A stretch of 64,000 nt of DNA from Octopus bimaculoides (lineage: Eukaryota): NCBI RefSeq assembly GCF_001194135.2, contig NC_068993.1, positions 44,257,361-44,321,360 of the forward strand. Direction: 5' to 3'. A program made the position numbers and the translations under genes. This document shows, piece after piece, positions 12,245 to 26,593 of the stretch. Numbering within the stretch: position 1 is the stretch's first letter; every line of letters begins with the position of its first letter. Under the pieces are notes generated by a model. It searched no databases. It had not been told where the DNA came from and saw nothing but the letters and a program-made list of their open reading frames with translations.

Positions 12245-12515
12245 GGGTGAAGACCCCCTCCAGTCACAAGTGACCATGAGATTGCACCTAGAAAGTTCCC
12301 CTCTGAGGCACAAGTCCAGGCAAGACCAGCAATTGCCCATGCATACCAGCCTCCCCTCTGCATACCAGCGATGTTAGTGAAGGGAAAGACAAAGGCTGAT
12401 ACAGCTTGGCACCAGTGACATCACAACTCATTTCTACATCTGAGTGAACTGGAGCAATGTGAAATAAAGTGTCTGGCTCAAGAGAACAACACATGGCCCA
12501 ATGCTGTAACCACTG
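12245..12515 (+). mobile_element. Interspersed repeat (RTE/SINE-like); a second copy lies at about 47625-47785 on the minus strand
   Basis: Shared core gaccatgagattgcacctagaaagttcccctctgaggcacaagtc...gcccatgcataccagcctcccct occurs in both copies. Confidence 0.6.
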
Positions 12516-13123
12516 AGCTATGTATGCATGCACACACACACACACACACACACACNNNNNNNNNNNNNNNNNNNNNNNNNNNNNNNNNNNNNNNNNNNNN
12601 NNNNNNNNNNNNNNNNNNNNNNNNNNNNNNNNNNNNNNNNNNNNNNNNNNNNNNNNNNNNNNNNNNNNNNNNNNNNNNNNNNNNNNNNNNNNNNNNNNNN
12701 NNNNNNNNNNNNNNNNNNNNNNNNNNNNNNNNNNNNNNNNNCAAAATAATAGAAACACCTTCAAATTTCAAGCAAATTTATTTTAATATGGGGTAGGACT
12801 GCCTTTGGCAATAGTTGCAGCTTGAATTCTATGAGGTATGGACTCGTACAAAGTTTGAATTGTTTCCAAAGGAATTTTTGTCCATTCTTCAGTTAAAACA
12901 GTCTCCAGTTCTTGTAGTGATGATGGTGGAGGATATCGACTCCTTATTTGTTTTTATAAAATACACCAACTGATGTTGGTGTGTTTATGTCCCCGTAACT
13001 TAGCAGTTCACCAAAAAGAGACTGATAGAATATGTACTAGGCTTACAAAGAATGTCATGGGGTCAATTTTTTTGACTAAAGGCAATGCTCCAGGATGGCT
13101 GCAGTCAAATGACTGAAACAAGT

Positions 13124-13182
13124 AAAAGAATAAAAGAATAGATAAAAGAATAAAAGAATAGATAAAAGAATAAAAGAATAGA
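13124..13182. repeat. 20-bp tandem repeat, about 3 copies
   Basis: Unit aaaagaataaaagaatagat at the tail of a SINE. Confidence 0.85.
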
Positions 13183-14044
13183 CTATTCACGCAGGGACAG
13201 GAAAGGTATGTCACAGCTTGAATGCCTTTGATATTAGGCCTTGTCAATCAAGACTGAGCTGAGGCTACTAATGTTTCATCCTGGCTTTTTTTCTTTTTGC
13301 TCTTCCAGAATATCAATAAAACGAGTACACCAGGCTATAGAAACTAGTAGTGAGTCAAATGAATAACTATGAGGTTAACTCAACAAGCAGACCTATCATA
13401 ACAAGTGTTCAAGCTGTGACCATCTAGCTGTATTTATCAAATTATCTAATGAGAAAGGCTTGGCTGTTGTTTCTAACAGAGCAGGTGATAATGGTTATAG
13501 CTAGAGGCAGCCAAAGGTGGATTCTATGAGACCAAAAGTGTCTCATTAATTTTAGATTCATCAATGATTATTTCATTGATTTTAGTGATAATTTAAGCAG
13601 CATGTTAGCTGAGTCATTAGAGCACCAGACATAATGCTTTGTGGTATTGGATCTTTTCTGTTTGGCTACAGCTATGGAAATTTTACATTTTATTGAAAAT
13701 TTTCAAGTTTGGTGTATTAGTGTAGTTTTTCAAGCTGAATCTCAGAGAGTATTTCACTTTTTCCACTAAGCATTTTGTTCAACACATTAATACCTCTGCC
13801 AGTTCACCACTAATAATAATAATAATAAAAGTTTCTAATTTTTGTGCAAAGCCAGCAATGTTTGTGGATGATTGTCCGTTAACCCCAGTCTTTGACTGGT
13901 GCTTTATTTTATTGACCCTGAAAGGATGAAAACAAAGTTGAGTGCAGCAGAATTTGGTGGACTTAGAAGAACATAACAAGATATCACAAGACATTTTGCT
14001 TATCACTCTACTGAATCAGTCAATCACCATTGTATATAATATTA

Positions 14045-14897
14045 CCGTTGGATGTGTAATGTCAATGTGAATACCCGTCAGAGTGTAAGTATCTTGAGAG
14101 AAAAGCTGAACATTAGAAGCATCAGTTGTGGCGTGCAAGAGAGACGATTGTGCTGGTATGGACATGTGGTGAGAATGGAGGAGGATAGCTGCGTGAAAAA
14201 GTGCCACACCCTAACAGTTGAGGGAACCCGTGGAAGAGGTAGGCCCAGGAAGACCTGGGCTGAGGTGGTGAGGCAAGACCTTCGTACATTGNNNNNNNNN
14301 NNNNNNNNNNNNNNNNNNNNNNNNNNNNNNNNNNNNNNNNNNNNNNNNNNNNNNNNNNNNNNNNNNNNNNNNNNNNNNNNNNNNNNNNNNNNNNNNNNNN
14401 NNNNNNNNNNNNNNNNNNNNNNNNNNNNNNNNNNNNNNNNNNNNNNNNNNNNNNNNNNNNNNNNNNNNNNNNNNNNNNNNNNNNNNNNNNNNNNNNNNNN
14501 NNNNNNNNNNNNNNNNNNNNNNNNNNNNNNNNNNNNNNNNNNNNNNNNNNNNNNNNNNNNNNNNNNNNNNNNNNNNNNNNNNNNNNNNNNNNNNNNNNNN
14601 NNNNNNNNNNNNNNNNNNNNNNNNNNNNNNNNNNNNNNNNNNNNNNNNNNNNNNNNNNNNNNNNNNNNNNNNNNNACACCATTTCGAGCGTGGCCGTTTT
14701 CGTGCGGGTGACACGTAAAAGCACCCACTACACTCTCTGAGTGGTTGGCGTTAGGAAGGGCATCCAGCTGTAGAAACTCTGCCAAATCAGACTGGAGCCT
14801 GGTGTTGCCATCCGGTTTCACCAGTCCTCAGTCAAATCGTCCAACCCATGCTAGCATGGAAAGCGGACGTTAAACGATGATGATGATGATGATGATG
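14045..14897 (+). mobile_element. 5'-truncated RTE-clade LINE, 3' end (spans a gap)
   Basis: Peptide ..RRLCWYGHVVRMEEDSCVKKC..VEGTRGRGRPRKTW.. is the typical RTE C-terminus. The 3' UTR ends ggacgttaaacg(atg)n. Confidence 0.85.
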
Positions 14898-17747
14898 AAT
14901 AATAATGGTTTCAAATTTTGCTGCAAGGGCAGCAATTTTTGGGGAAGAGATGAGTCGATACATTGGCCCCAGTCTTCAGCTGGTACTTATTATATCCCAA
15001 AAGGATGAAAGACAAAGTTGACCTTGGCGGAATTTGAAATCAGAATGGAGCAACAGACAAAATGCTAAGTATTTCATCCAACATGCTAACAATTCTGCTA
15101 GCTTGCCATCTTAATAACAATAATGCGTAGTATATGGTTGTGGTGGTTTGTATGTATTTTTGCTTGGGTCAAAGAATATGGTTAAAAATAATGACAGACA
15201 ATGTTGTAAACAGTGTTAAGAGATGGAATGAGTATAATAGATTATAGCATATGAACTCACAAAACCTTCTGCTATTCAAGCAGTAATCACCTTATCTTTT
15301 CTACATCTAAAACTACATAGTCAATATATGTCCTTTTGTTTATGGTCTTAGTATGATTTAAGAGAATTTGACTGCTTTTCCTAGCAGCTCTTGTAACCAT
15401 ATAGAGGCTCATTTGTTTGTTTGTGTGGGTACGTTTTATACCTAGGTAAACTCTGCTATCTAAATTCCCAGAGATTCAAGAACAAGATCTTTGTTGTAAG
15501 TATTGTCTAGTTAGACTAACCAAACTGGTTGGTTCACAAATATACCTTTGTTTACTATATAATTACTATCATTGTCTTTTTATCTTAGATACACCATTTA
15601 TATACTTAGTCTCTTATCAAACTAACTTACCAGTTCTGGCAAACATCCTTACTTTTCTTCTCTCTCTCTCTCTTGATATGTTTATCTCCCACAATGAGAT
15701 TTTTAATGTCATGACTAATTCCGAAAAAATTCATTAAGAAACAATCTTTGGTATTACTGTAACAAAACTGCATTCCACCTGTCTATGTAGCATGGGTGGT
15801 GGTTTTGCTGCTGTAGTAGTTGTAGTAGTGGTTGTAGTAGTAGTAGTAGTAGTAGTTACTGTTGTTATCTTTACTAGTTTAGTTGATGTCTTTTAAATAT
15901 AGAAGCAATGTCGGCTGGCTAGTCTTTTGACCTGAGCGACAGCAGATCCAACTGTGTTTACATGGCTGACGTTAAGCCAAAAGAACACTTCTCTTAAGCC
16001 CAGACATTCCAAAGATGTCAAGTCATGGCAGTTCAGTTGAATTGAACCAGTTATTAAATCACTGTATAGATTCCGCTAATGTTGATCTAGTTTAGCACTT
16101 ATTGTGTATGTATGTATGTGTGTGTGTGTATGTGTGTGCACACACACATTCACCAGAACAACAAACGTCTAAAGTAGCCATTCATCTTCATATATGGGTA
16201 AAGTCCTTCACCTGCATCATCTTGTTAGCCGGGAATGAAATATTTAGCACAATCACCATCTTTAATAACATCAGAGGGCTGGGCTCTGGTAACAAATTGA
16301 CTTTAGCAATGTTGGGCTGCTAATGAAGCAAGTGTCTCTAGTGATACCAGTCTGCTTTTTTGATATTTTAAAAGTTCTACTTACCAAAAATGGTAAGACT
16401 GATATAATTGATATGCAGTTAAATCAGGAAAAAAAAGGGATGGGGCAGTGACATTGACCTTTACAAGGCTTTCACAACCAGTAGGATTGATAGATTTGGT
16501 GTTCAATTTCAATTAGGTGTAAGTTCATCATAATCATCATTTAGTGTCTTTTTTTCCATACTTGTATGGGTCAGATAGAATTTGTAAAAAGCACTGGTGC
16601 TGGTGCCATGTAAAAAACACCTAGTACACTCTGTGAAGTGGTTAGCATTAGGAATGATAACCATCTGTAGAAACCAAGTCAAAACAGACTGCCCTGCCCT
16701 TGTCAGTTCTTGTCAAGGCACCCAATCCATGCCAGCATGGAAAACAGATGTTAAACGCTGATATTTATGATTTTCTACAGACAGATGCCCTTCCTGTCAT
16801 GAGCATTTTCTAGGAAAGGTAATTTTTTCCCATAGGCAGATATTTTTCACAGAAGATTGGAAACAAACATCGTCTGTATGATGATGATGTCTGCTTACAA
16901 CCATTATGTGATGTCTAGGCAAGGCTACAACACACACACGTCCATGAGAATGTCAGTAAGAAAAACTGTGGATGGGAAAGGAATTTCAGAACATTGGTAT
17001 TCTGAAGAGAAAATAACTCAGTTGAGTGTTTCAGGTAGGATCTTGCAGAGGTGATGAGTGTGAGAGATAGAAGGTACTTTGGGTGTTCCTAGAAGTGCAA
17101 GGTATGGTATGCAACTATCTAGTTGAGATGAACAAAATTTGTTGTAGCAGTGATAGAAAAGATTATGCAAAGATAGCATTTAATTTAGATTGCCTCAGCA
17201 GTATCTGATTGCTAATAAAGCCTGATATGCAGTTCTAGCTCTGGGTATTGCCTGTGAAACTATCTTAACAATATTCAATGTTTTAGCTCTAATCTTATAT
17301 TGCTAACTGGATGAGTACCTCTCCTGACGTGAAACATCAGACTATTGCAAGTAACATTCTTAGAGGATCTGGCATTTTTCCACTTACAGTTTGGTAGATT
17401 GTCTGGAATTAAGTATCTGCCAAATAATCAACAAAATTTCTGCTGTGCTGGCAAACTACTGCATCAGGTACTTACTATACGTGGTACAAGTAGTGCAAAC
17501 TATTGCAGCCTATAACACAATGTTTTGTAATTGCAGTCCAAGGGACTACATATGATACTGGGAAATACAAAGTACTCCACTTGGTACTGATTGTTGCTGC
17601 CACTGTCTGAACCAGTTCTACAATATCTACTATCTGGTTGTGCTAGTTTTACTTAAGACATAAGCCAATGTGGAAGCCTGTCTGTATTAGTAGCCAAATC
17701 TCCCTCAAATCACATATTACCTACTGTTTTGAAAAAAGATAGATACA

Positions 17748-18110
17748 TCATCATCATCATCATCGTTTAACGTCCGCTTTCCAAGCTAGCATGGGTTGGA
17801 CGATTTGACTGAGGACTGGTGAACCAGATGGCTACACCAGGCTCCAATCTGATTTGGCAGAGTTTCTACAGCTGGATGCCCTTCCTAATGCCAACCACTC
17901 CGAGAGTGTAGTGGGTGCTTTTACGTGCCACCGGCACGAAGGCCAGTCAAGAGGTACTGGCAATGGCCACGCTCAAAATGGTGGATTTTACGTGCCACCC
18001 ACACAAGAGCCAGTCCAGCGGCACTGGCAACGATCTCGCTCGAAAGTCCTTACACATGCCACGGGCACAAGTGCCAGAAAGGCGACACTGAGCACAGGTG
18101 CCATCACGTG
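17748..18110 (-). mobile_element. RTE 3'-UTR-derived element (short LINE remnant or SINE)
   Basis: Near-identical to the reverse complement of 14700-14897, with a (cat)n tail at the left end. Confidence 0.8.
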
Positions 18111-18584
18111 GATAATATAATTCTTTAAAGAAAGAAATTGATGACCATAGCTGGAATGCCCTCGATCATGGGTGTGGTCAATATCTTTTAAAATCTATTG
18201 ATTGTGAACATTTAAACAAAAATTATAAAAGAATAACTTGAAGAAGGTCAAAATATTGATGAAAGATAGAGGCAAAATTTAGGTTACTATCCAAAACAGC
18301 CACTCACTTCCTCTTCCTAAAGGCAAAATAACATATTCTGTATTGCAAATATTTTGGAAATGAAAGAAATTTAGGAAGCATTTTGTTCTTTCCTCATGTA
18401 TTTCATATCTAAAACTACATTATCAAGTGTTATCTCTTTCAAAATGCTAGGGTATATTTTGAAAGAGATTTAGCTGCTTTCTACAGCAGATTTGAGCATC
18501 CACTTAGAGGCATTTTTGTTTGGTTTCTATATTTACTAGTTGTTGTTTACTCTGACTTTCTTCATTGTAGCTCACCTCACCTCA

Positions 18585-18617
<33 letters not shown>

Positions 18618-19013
18618 ATGTGTGTGTGCAGTATTCATGGTCTGGAGTGGTGGTGTGTGTATGTGTGCCTGCCTGGCTGTCAATTCAGTTTTCTATATTA
18701 TGTTACAGAGATCAAGTCAAATGCTTATCTGAGAAGTGAAGAATCACCACAACCATCATCACAACCATTAGCAACACCACCACCAGCAATACTATCATTA
18801 CCACCACCACCACCACCACCACCACCACTAACACCACTAGCACCATCATTACTACAATCCCTACAGTCACCACTATCATCATCAACCATCTTCACTCCTG
18901 GACATACAGCACAACTTCGTAGATATATTTATCATGAAATCCTCAAAATACTTTGGTGAAAACACTCTCTCTCACTACTTTCTGTCTTCCTTTCTCTCTC
19001 TTCCCTTTTTCTG

Positions 19014-19059
<46 letters not shown>

Positions 19060-19168
19060 NNNNNNNNNNNNNNNNNNNNNNNNNNNNNNNNNNNNNNNNN
19101 NNNTGACATATACATACAATTACATGATTATAACTTTGGAAATAGATTTCCCAAACCAAAAAACTGCT

Positions 19169-19204
<36 letters not shown>

Positions 19205-19797
19205 TATACACGCATAGACATATTTGGAGTTAAATGTGTTACAATATGGTGTTGTGTGGTATATGGAATGGTATGGCATGGTTTGTTTGTGTTATTTGTG
19301 TGTGTGTGTGTGTGTGTACGGGAAGATCTGCTTCATTGATTGCTCAAACTGTGTCTAGTTTAACCATACCTTTGTTCTCACCTATCCATTTGTATCATAT
19401 TTTAATGGTTCTGTTAGTCTGTATTTAGTAACCAGTAGATTACTGCGGCTACTCTTATTAATATCTGCCAGTCTTATTATATTGCTTTCACAGTCAAACC
19501 GTCTATTTTGGTGATGCCAATTTACTCACTTTATTCACATTGTTTACAGTTGTACAATTATTGCCATTCTTCCTTTTTGTTGGGTTTATTTTTAACCCTT
19601 TTATTTTGTTTAATTTTTTTATTTTGTTTTCTATCCCATTTGATGTCTGTGAAAACTGTATTGGATACTAAAAATTACCATTTCCTCCAGAATAGTCTGC
19701 AACTCAATATCCTTAACAATTTTTGACAAAACTAATATTGACTATTTCTAACATTCAGAGACAGCTACATATACATTGAGGCAGAGTTAATACGTAC

Positions 19798-19965
19798 CCC
19801 TTTAGCATTCAGAGTATTCTGTCAAATATAATGCTTATTTATTCAATGTGATTGTTTGCTTTTAGACTGACATTGTAGGATAGATGAGAAGCCAGATCTG
19901 GCTGGTTTAAACATAAAATAGCTAGAATATTTTGGCCGGATATGACCGGTTTAAATGCTAAAGGG
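19798..19965. mobile_element. MITE with 12-bp TIRs (piggyBac-like CCCT ends)
   Basis: ccctttagcatt (19798-19809) and aatgctaaaggg (19954-19965) are exact inverted repeats. Confidence 0.7.
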
Positions 19966-21355
19966 ATATTGTGAATTACCCTTTGACTTGATCACTGTCT
20001 ATTTCCTCAGTCTTCCATGAAAGCTGTGTGAATCTAATGTTAACTATATTTTCCCACAAGCTCCCACTCAACTTACCCAACGTTTTGTGAAAATGTACAG
20101 TCAATTTTGTGGCCCTTTAGTATTTTATGGAAAAGTACACTCACTATATTGACCATCTTGTATTTGGAAATATACAGTCTAGACCTTGGTTGACTTAGAA
20201 CTGAAGAAGACATTTCTCTAAGACGTCAAAGAGAAGTAGTGAATCTGAAGCCATGTGGTTTTGAAGCAAGCTTTTCAATCACATAGCCCCCTCTACTCAG
20301 TAAATATGTGCAACAATTTTATTTGTTTTTCCTTGTGATATGTGCAATACTGAATTGTGCTGCACAATTAGTGTAAAAAACAATATATAATTATTAATCC
20401 CTGCAATAAGAATGTTTAATAATGTACTAATGATAATTAGACTTATTTCAAGCAGCTAACCTTTTCCATACAGTAATCTTGTTTGTATACACATTAATAA
20501 TTTCTTGTGTGTACACATTAATTTCATTTGTGTACTGGTTGCAAAATGTATGTATAAGCACACAGCCATAGCTCACTGAGAATTGTGCAGGGAAGCTTAT
20601 AGTCTTAAAGAGGATAGCTTGGACAGTATAGTCAACTAACTGAAAAATAAAAAAGAACAGGATAGCCATGGCTTCACATTGTCTTTGATCATAGATATGC
20701 TCGATCAATTGATTCAGGGCTAAACCACAATACCATCAACAAACTCTCTATCCTACAAAATAAAGATGGTGATGGTGGTGGTAGTGGTGATTGTGACAAT
20801 GATGATATTAAATTTAGTGATGATGGTGATGTCTTTTTGTATAGATAGGTACACAGCCTGAAAATTTGAGAGCAACAGCAGGGCTTAGTTGATACCAACA
20901 ACCCCAGTATTTGACTGGTATTTTATATACATTATGAAAAGCCAAGTTGATGTTGGCAGGATTTGAACTCGGGAAGAAATGAGCTGAAATAAAATACCAG
21001 CAGATATTTCGTTTGACACTCTAACCATTCTGCCAATTCACTATTCCATTCTTACCAATCCACCATCCAATAACTGCTTAATTAATTATACTTCTATCTT
21101 TAGAAAGAAAAAAGAGATCAATTAAGAAAAAAAACTCAGCCAAATACTTAATATCTGGCTGATTTTTTGATGACAGAAATGGTTGATTTAGCATTTGAGC
21201 TGAATTGGGTAAATTAGGTACAACTAAATTACGTATAGTGGTAGCTAATTTCTGGTACATGTATAAGAGAATGAAGTAATTAGTGTGAGAGGAGAGTAAA
21301 TTGTGTATATGTATTTATATGACCACTTGACTGAAATTTGCCTTAAACAGGCAGG

Positions 21356-21359
21356 CGCG

Positions 21360-21400
<41 letters not shown>

Positions 21401-21542
21401 TCACTCACTCACTCACTCACTCACTCACTCACTCACTCACTCACTCACTCACTCACTCACACACTCACACACTCACTCACTCACTCACTCACTCACTCAC
21501 TCACTCACTCACTCACTCACTCACTCACTCACTCACTCACAC
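21356..21542. repeat. Compound microsatellite (GC)n(AC)n(ACTC)n
   Basis: Direct reading; about 35 ACTC units. Confidence 0.95.
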
Positions 21543-22499
21543 TCTCTCTCTCCCTTTCTCTCTTTCCCAAGGTTTTGCATAGTTTCCAGCTACTTAATTC
21601 CACTGACACAATATTGGCCAACCTGTGGCTATGGCAATAGAAGACACTTGACCAAAAATGTTGTGTGATAGAATCGAACCCAGGACTGCATAGTGATTAA
21701 GTTGAACTTGTTTTAAAGCACAAATTATTAAATGACATGAGAAGCTTCCATACTTCAACAACAGGAAGAGAAAATGAAGTCATTCTACTCCTTGTGACCT
21801 ATGGATGGTAGCTTTTCCAGAGCAGTGGTCTTCATTTCTACTTAATATAATTTGATGTGGTTCAAATTGTAAGGTGAAGCATGAAATGCCCCCTGGCCTC
21901 CCTCCAGCAATACAATACTACTTTTCTCCTCCTTCGCTCCTTCCCTACAACTCCCACTCTGACATACACCACCCCACCAGCTTCCAATGTACCCCAATCT
22001 CTGAATTCCTTGTAATTGCTTGATATTATTTCTAGGAATGTCAAAACTTCTATCTCCAGGATTGCAGACACTACCACTTCCAGAACCCTTCTTTCATGTC
22101 CCAGCAGAATCACCACTATCTACATGCCTTCCCTCTTTCAGCAGGGCACTACTAGTACCATCTATATAGTACCCCATCACCAGCCCACATGCATACACTG
22201 CTATGCTACTACCACATACATAGCCCCACCTCCCATGCACATATCTTCATATACACATGTGCACAAACACATACATACATACACATACACACATGTATAC
22301 ATGCCACACATGCAACATTACCAGCACATCACCACTACCGCCTACATAATCCCAGCACACACATAACCAACACCATCAACACCCCTCCAACTCCACATCT
22401 ATCAACAAAACACTACTGCCCCCCCCTCCGACACATACATATTTCTAACTCACACCAATGTACATGACAATGTCTCACCTCTTCATGCATACATATACT

Positions 22500-22938
22500 C
22501 TTTACTCTCTTCTACTTCTTTCAGTCATTTGACTGCGGCCATGCTGGAGCACCACCTTTAGTCGAGCAAATCAACCCCAGGACTTATTCTTTGTAAGCCT
22601 AGTACTTATTCTATCGGCCTCTTTTGCCGAACCGCTAAGTTACGGGGACGTAAAAACACCAGTATTGGTTGTCAAGCGATGTTGGGAGGACANNNNNNNN
22701 NNNNNNNNNNNNNNNNNNNNNNNNNNNACAGACACACAAACACACACATATATATATATACATATACATATATACGACGGGCTTCTTTCAGTTTCTGTCT
22801 ACCAAATCCACTCACAAACTTTGGTCAGCCCGAGGCTATAGTAGAAGACACTTGCCCAAGGTGCCACGCAGTGGGACTGAACCCAGAACCCTGAACAATG
22901 TGGTTGGTAAGCAAGCTACTTACCACACAGCCACTCCT
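22500..22938 (-). mobile_element. Composite tRNA-head SINE (head, TG/TA microsatellite, tail)
   Basis: Head ..gtgtggtaagtagcttgcttaccaaccac..ggttcagtcccactgcgtggcaccttgggcaagtg.. and tail ..ccccgtaacttagcggttcggcaaaagag..cagcatggccgcagtcaaatgactg... Other copies at about 4566-4900, 6235-6410, 27186-27328, 37070-37525, 37575-37745, 39110-39390, 46028-46385, 48428-49050 and 56115-56245. Confidence 0.85.
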
Positions 22939-23739
22939 GCCACCCCCAATGGATCTTCCTGTCTACTACCACCAGATCTTCTGTTAGTAAACCAACCCTA
23001 AGAAAAGAGATTAATGAAATACTAGGGCTGAAGATGGAACAAAAGCAGTGTTCTCTAACTGATGTATTGACTACTAAATGTGTTAATTTTCATTGTAGGG
23101 GTATGTGTAATGTATGTGTTCAGGGTAGTAGGATTTTGTAGATAGTTGTGGTCTTGAAGGAGTGTTGATAGTGTTGATTAAATGTGTGCAGGGATTGTAG
23201 GTGGTGAGGCAGTGACATGCTGGTTATGTTGTATGTACGTGTGTGTCAAAGGTTGCAGAAACTAAAATAGAAAAGAAGTGAACATAAATAAACACTTCCA
23301 GGAATTATACATATTGTCAACATCAGATGATGCAGGTAGGAGTGTATTGAGTGACTGACCTAGTGGCCTGGTTGTGTGGCCAATAACTTGGTTCATTCCC
23401 CTCTTTCTCCTGCTTTTCATTTCTTTCTTTACCCTTTCCATCACTCTTTCCTTACCCCACCCCACCAAAAAAACTAACCCTTTCCCCACTTGCACTTCAC
23501 CACCCACTCCTGTTTTGTAATTAGCCAGTGAGTCTTCCTTTCACTAGGACTACTCTCTCTTTCTCTCTCCCTTCTATGACCCCCTCATGCTCTACCCTCA
23601 TACCAGCCACTACAATGGTGTCTGTGTGAATATCAGATATCTTCTTTTCTAAGAGGATAGGCTGAAGTTTGAGGGTAATTTGGCTGATATTTATACCAAT
23701 TCAAGCAATCACATAGCCCCACCCCCTCATCGGTTCAAT

Positions 23740-23782
23740 TTATATATATATGTATATATATATGTATATATATATGTATATA

Positions 23783-23828
<46 letters not shown>

Positions 23829-23928
23829 NNNNNNNNNNNNNNNNNNNNNNNNNNNNNNNNNNNNNNNNNNNNNNNNNNNNNNNNNNNNNNNNNNNNNNNN
23901 NNNNNNNNNNNNNNNNNNNNNNNNNNNN

Positions 23929-23983
<55 letters not shown>

Positions 23984-24080
23984 CACGTATGCATATGTAT
24001 ATGTACACATATGTATGTGTATATGTATGTGTGTATGTATATATATGTATGTGTATGTATACGTGTGTGTATGTATGTAT
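23740..24080. repeat. Long (TA)n/(TATG)n microsatellite with an internal gap
   Basis: Direct reading. Confidence 0.95.
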
Positions 24081-24188
24081 GTGGCAGCAGTTCCTGACTG
24101 GGATTGGGGAGGGCTGTGAATTGAGTTCAAAACATGCAGTGTAGGCAGACCTTTCAAAAGTCCTGGTGCCATGAGAAAATTCCTGTAA

Positions 24189-24513
24189 CCCCTTCTCTGG
24201 CGACTTTTTTTTGGAGAAAGCATTTAATTTCAGGCAAATTTTTTTATTGCGTTTTTTTATAGTATTTTTAATGCTGATTATGGAAATAACTTTTATCTAT
24301 TTCCAGTATTTCACTTGAAATTTTATTTTGAAGATACTATTTTTGGTAAAAACGAGATAACTCATCTTCCCATATTTTTGAAATATTTTTTTGATGTATA
24401 AACTTGTCTGTGGCTGTTTCTGAAATTATGTGTTTTGGACGAGTTTATTTGTCGCACTCTGAAAATGACAAATTGGGTGAAGACAAGTTAATTCGTCTTT
24501 GCTGGGTAAGGGG
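24189..24513. mobile_element. piggyBac-like MITE
   Basis: (g)taa|CCCCTT...AAGGGG|ttaa termini with a TTAA-type target. Confidence 0.55.
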
Positions 24514-25502
24514 TTAATTAAAGTCCTTATTTGTGGAAAGGTTTTGGGAACCAGTGGTGTATAACAATCAGCATTTAATACCATACATCTCCATTTGATC
24601 AGCTTTACTCACTGATCATGCTTCTTTCAGAAGAGCCAAGCTGATTGTATGAAATCTTTAGAATTAAACTTTGTCATCTTGATTACCACATGCATATAGA
24701 ATAGAATCTGCAAAATAGGATCTATGGTCCAAAGAAGAAAACTTCTATGTATTAGTCAGCCTGTTAGGAATGAATAGCAATCAAGTTGCCCTCAGCTACT
24801 ATCTCTGTTGGCGACCAAACTGATTTATCTTTGACCTAAAGACATTCCAGTTGTAGACTCTCTTGTCTTTTTGTATACCTAGGATCACACTTTCATACTG
24901 AGGAATTTCAACCAGGTTTCGTGGTCTGCTACCACAACAGCTCCTTTATAGGATCCAGTTAGCTCACTGTTTGGTGATCAGCAGCAGGTACAGAGAGTAT
25001 TTAGCTATTCAAAAAAAAGTTACTTCAACAAATAAAGCATCTTATTGTGCTAGCATCAAAAAATGTGGTGATACACACACACAAGCACATGTACATATAC
25101 ACACATATTGATTTAGATATAGACGCTTTGATATATTATATCAATTTATATCTCTCTCTCTCTATATATATATATTTGTATATTAATGTATGTGTGTATG
25201 TATATAAAGTGATGAGAGGTGGCTGGCAAAATTGATAGTTCCTCAAGCAACTTTCTATTATTTGATAGCATCTTTTCATTTTCTGTTTTCAAATTCCTCA
25301 TTGGTTACTTTTCTTCCTTTGATCCTTTTGTGTTCAACAAACTAAGTCCTAGAGTCTATAGAATTGATTATACTCTTAAAGGCAGCAATACACTGAATGA
25401 CCAGTCAGTCTAACTGCTCAAACCAACAAAAGGATATATACCATGCGCACACATTAATAGTTTGACTCGGAATTCTGTAAATTAAAGTTCAATGCTTGTC
25501 AA

Positions 25503-25700
25503 CAGTTTCTTATTTCTTTATTGCCCACAAGGGATTAGACATAGAGGGGACAAACAAGGACAGACAAAGGGATTAAGTCGATTACATCGACCCCAGTGCG
25601 TAACTGGTACTTAATTTATCGACCCCGAAAGGATGAAAGGCAAAGTCAACCTCGGCGGAATTTGAACTCATAATGTACAAACAACGTTTCTGCCATCTCA
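25503..25700 (-). mobile_element. Well-preserved copy of a second SINE family (ggggtcgataaattaagtaccagt core)
   Basis: The same core recurs at about 10960-11060, 13885-13960, 14960-15110, 35740-35880, 42660-42845 and repeatedly at 51965-53290. Confidence 0.8.
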
Positions 25701-26321
25701 CCGCCTCGTCAACAGTTTCTATCGACCAGATTCACTCATATGACTTTGGTTGCTCTGGAGATATAGAATACTTACCATAAGTACCTCACAGTGGGATTGA
25801 ACCCAAAACCACATGGTTATAAAATGAGCACCTTAACCACACAATCATGCCTACACTTATGTCTATATTTGTCTGCCTATCCACCAATCCCATCCCTTTT
25901 CTTCCTTTTCTCTCTTTCCTTCTCTCCCTTCCCATTCACCCCATGTTTCAGCTAGTAATGACTTGAGGTCATGTCGAACCTAATAACATCACCTAATAGA
26001 GAGAACTGGGTCACTGGAAATTAAATTAAGTTTACAGTTCTCAGAACAGCAATGTGTTGCTTCTTTATTAGCTGGTTGGCTAGTACTTTAACAATATAAT
26101 TGCGTGTAATCTATAGTTTAATAGATTATTAATAATTCTTTAAGAACAGTATTCAAGACAACCGTGTACACACACAAACACACATAAATTAAAATCCATA
26201 CAAGGAAAACAGTCTCCTCTATAGGGATGGAAGTGTCCAATTTTTCATTGGTTTGGCAGTTTAATACCCAATATAGCAGAGAAAAACTTTTCCACAATTC
26301 AAATGGGTATATATTCAATAT

Positions 26322-26593
26322 ACAAAAATGAAAAGAAAATGGAGATTTACGATTGACATATTATATTATCTTTATAATATAGTATAATATAAATATCATA
26401 ATCCTGCAATTGTTTCAATTCAGGCCCAATAATATTTCCCTGATGAGATTCTTACCCATAAAACGTGAATTTTTATAGATTTGTTATTGGGTCTGAATCA
26501 AAACAATTGTAGGATTATATTATGTTATAATAGTCATATAATGTTATGTTAATAAAATATGTCAATTGTATATCTCCATTTTCTTTTCATTTT

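Noticed and set aside
18709-18959. Proline-rich ORF with a phase-1 AG acceptor, as a possible PLC N-terminal exon
   Set aside because: The peptide derives from (CCA/CAT)n low-complexity sequence common in this window, the donors are weak, and there is no family motif.
21303-21668. ORFs with HTHT, SLTH, YIYI or VCVC runs throughout the window
   Set aside because: They are translations of microsatellites.
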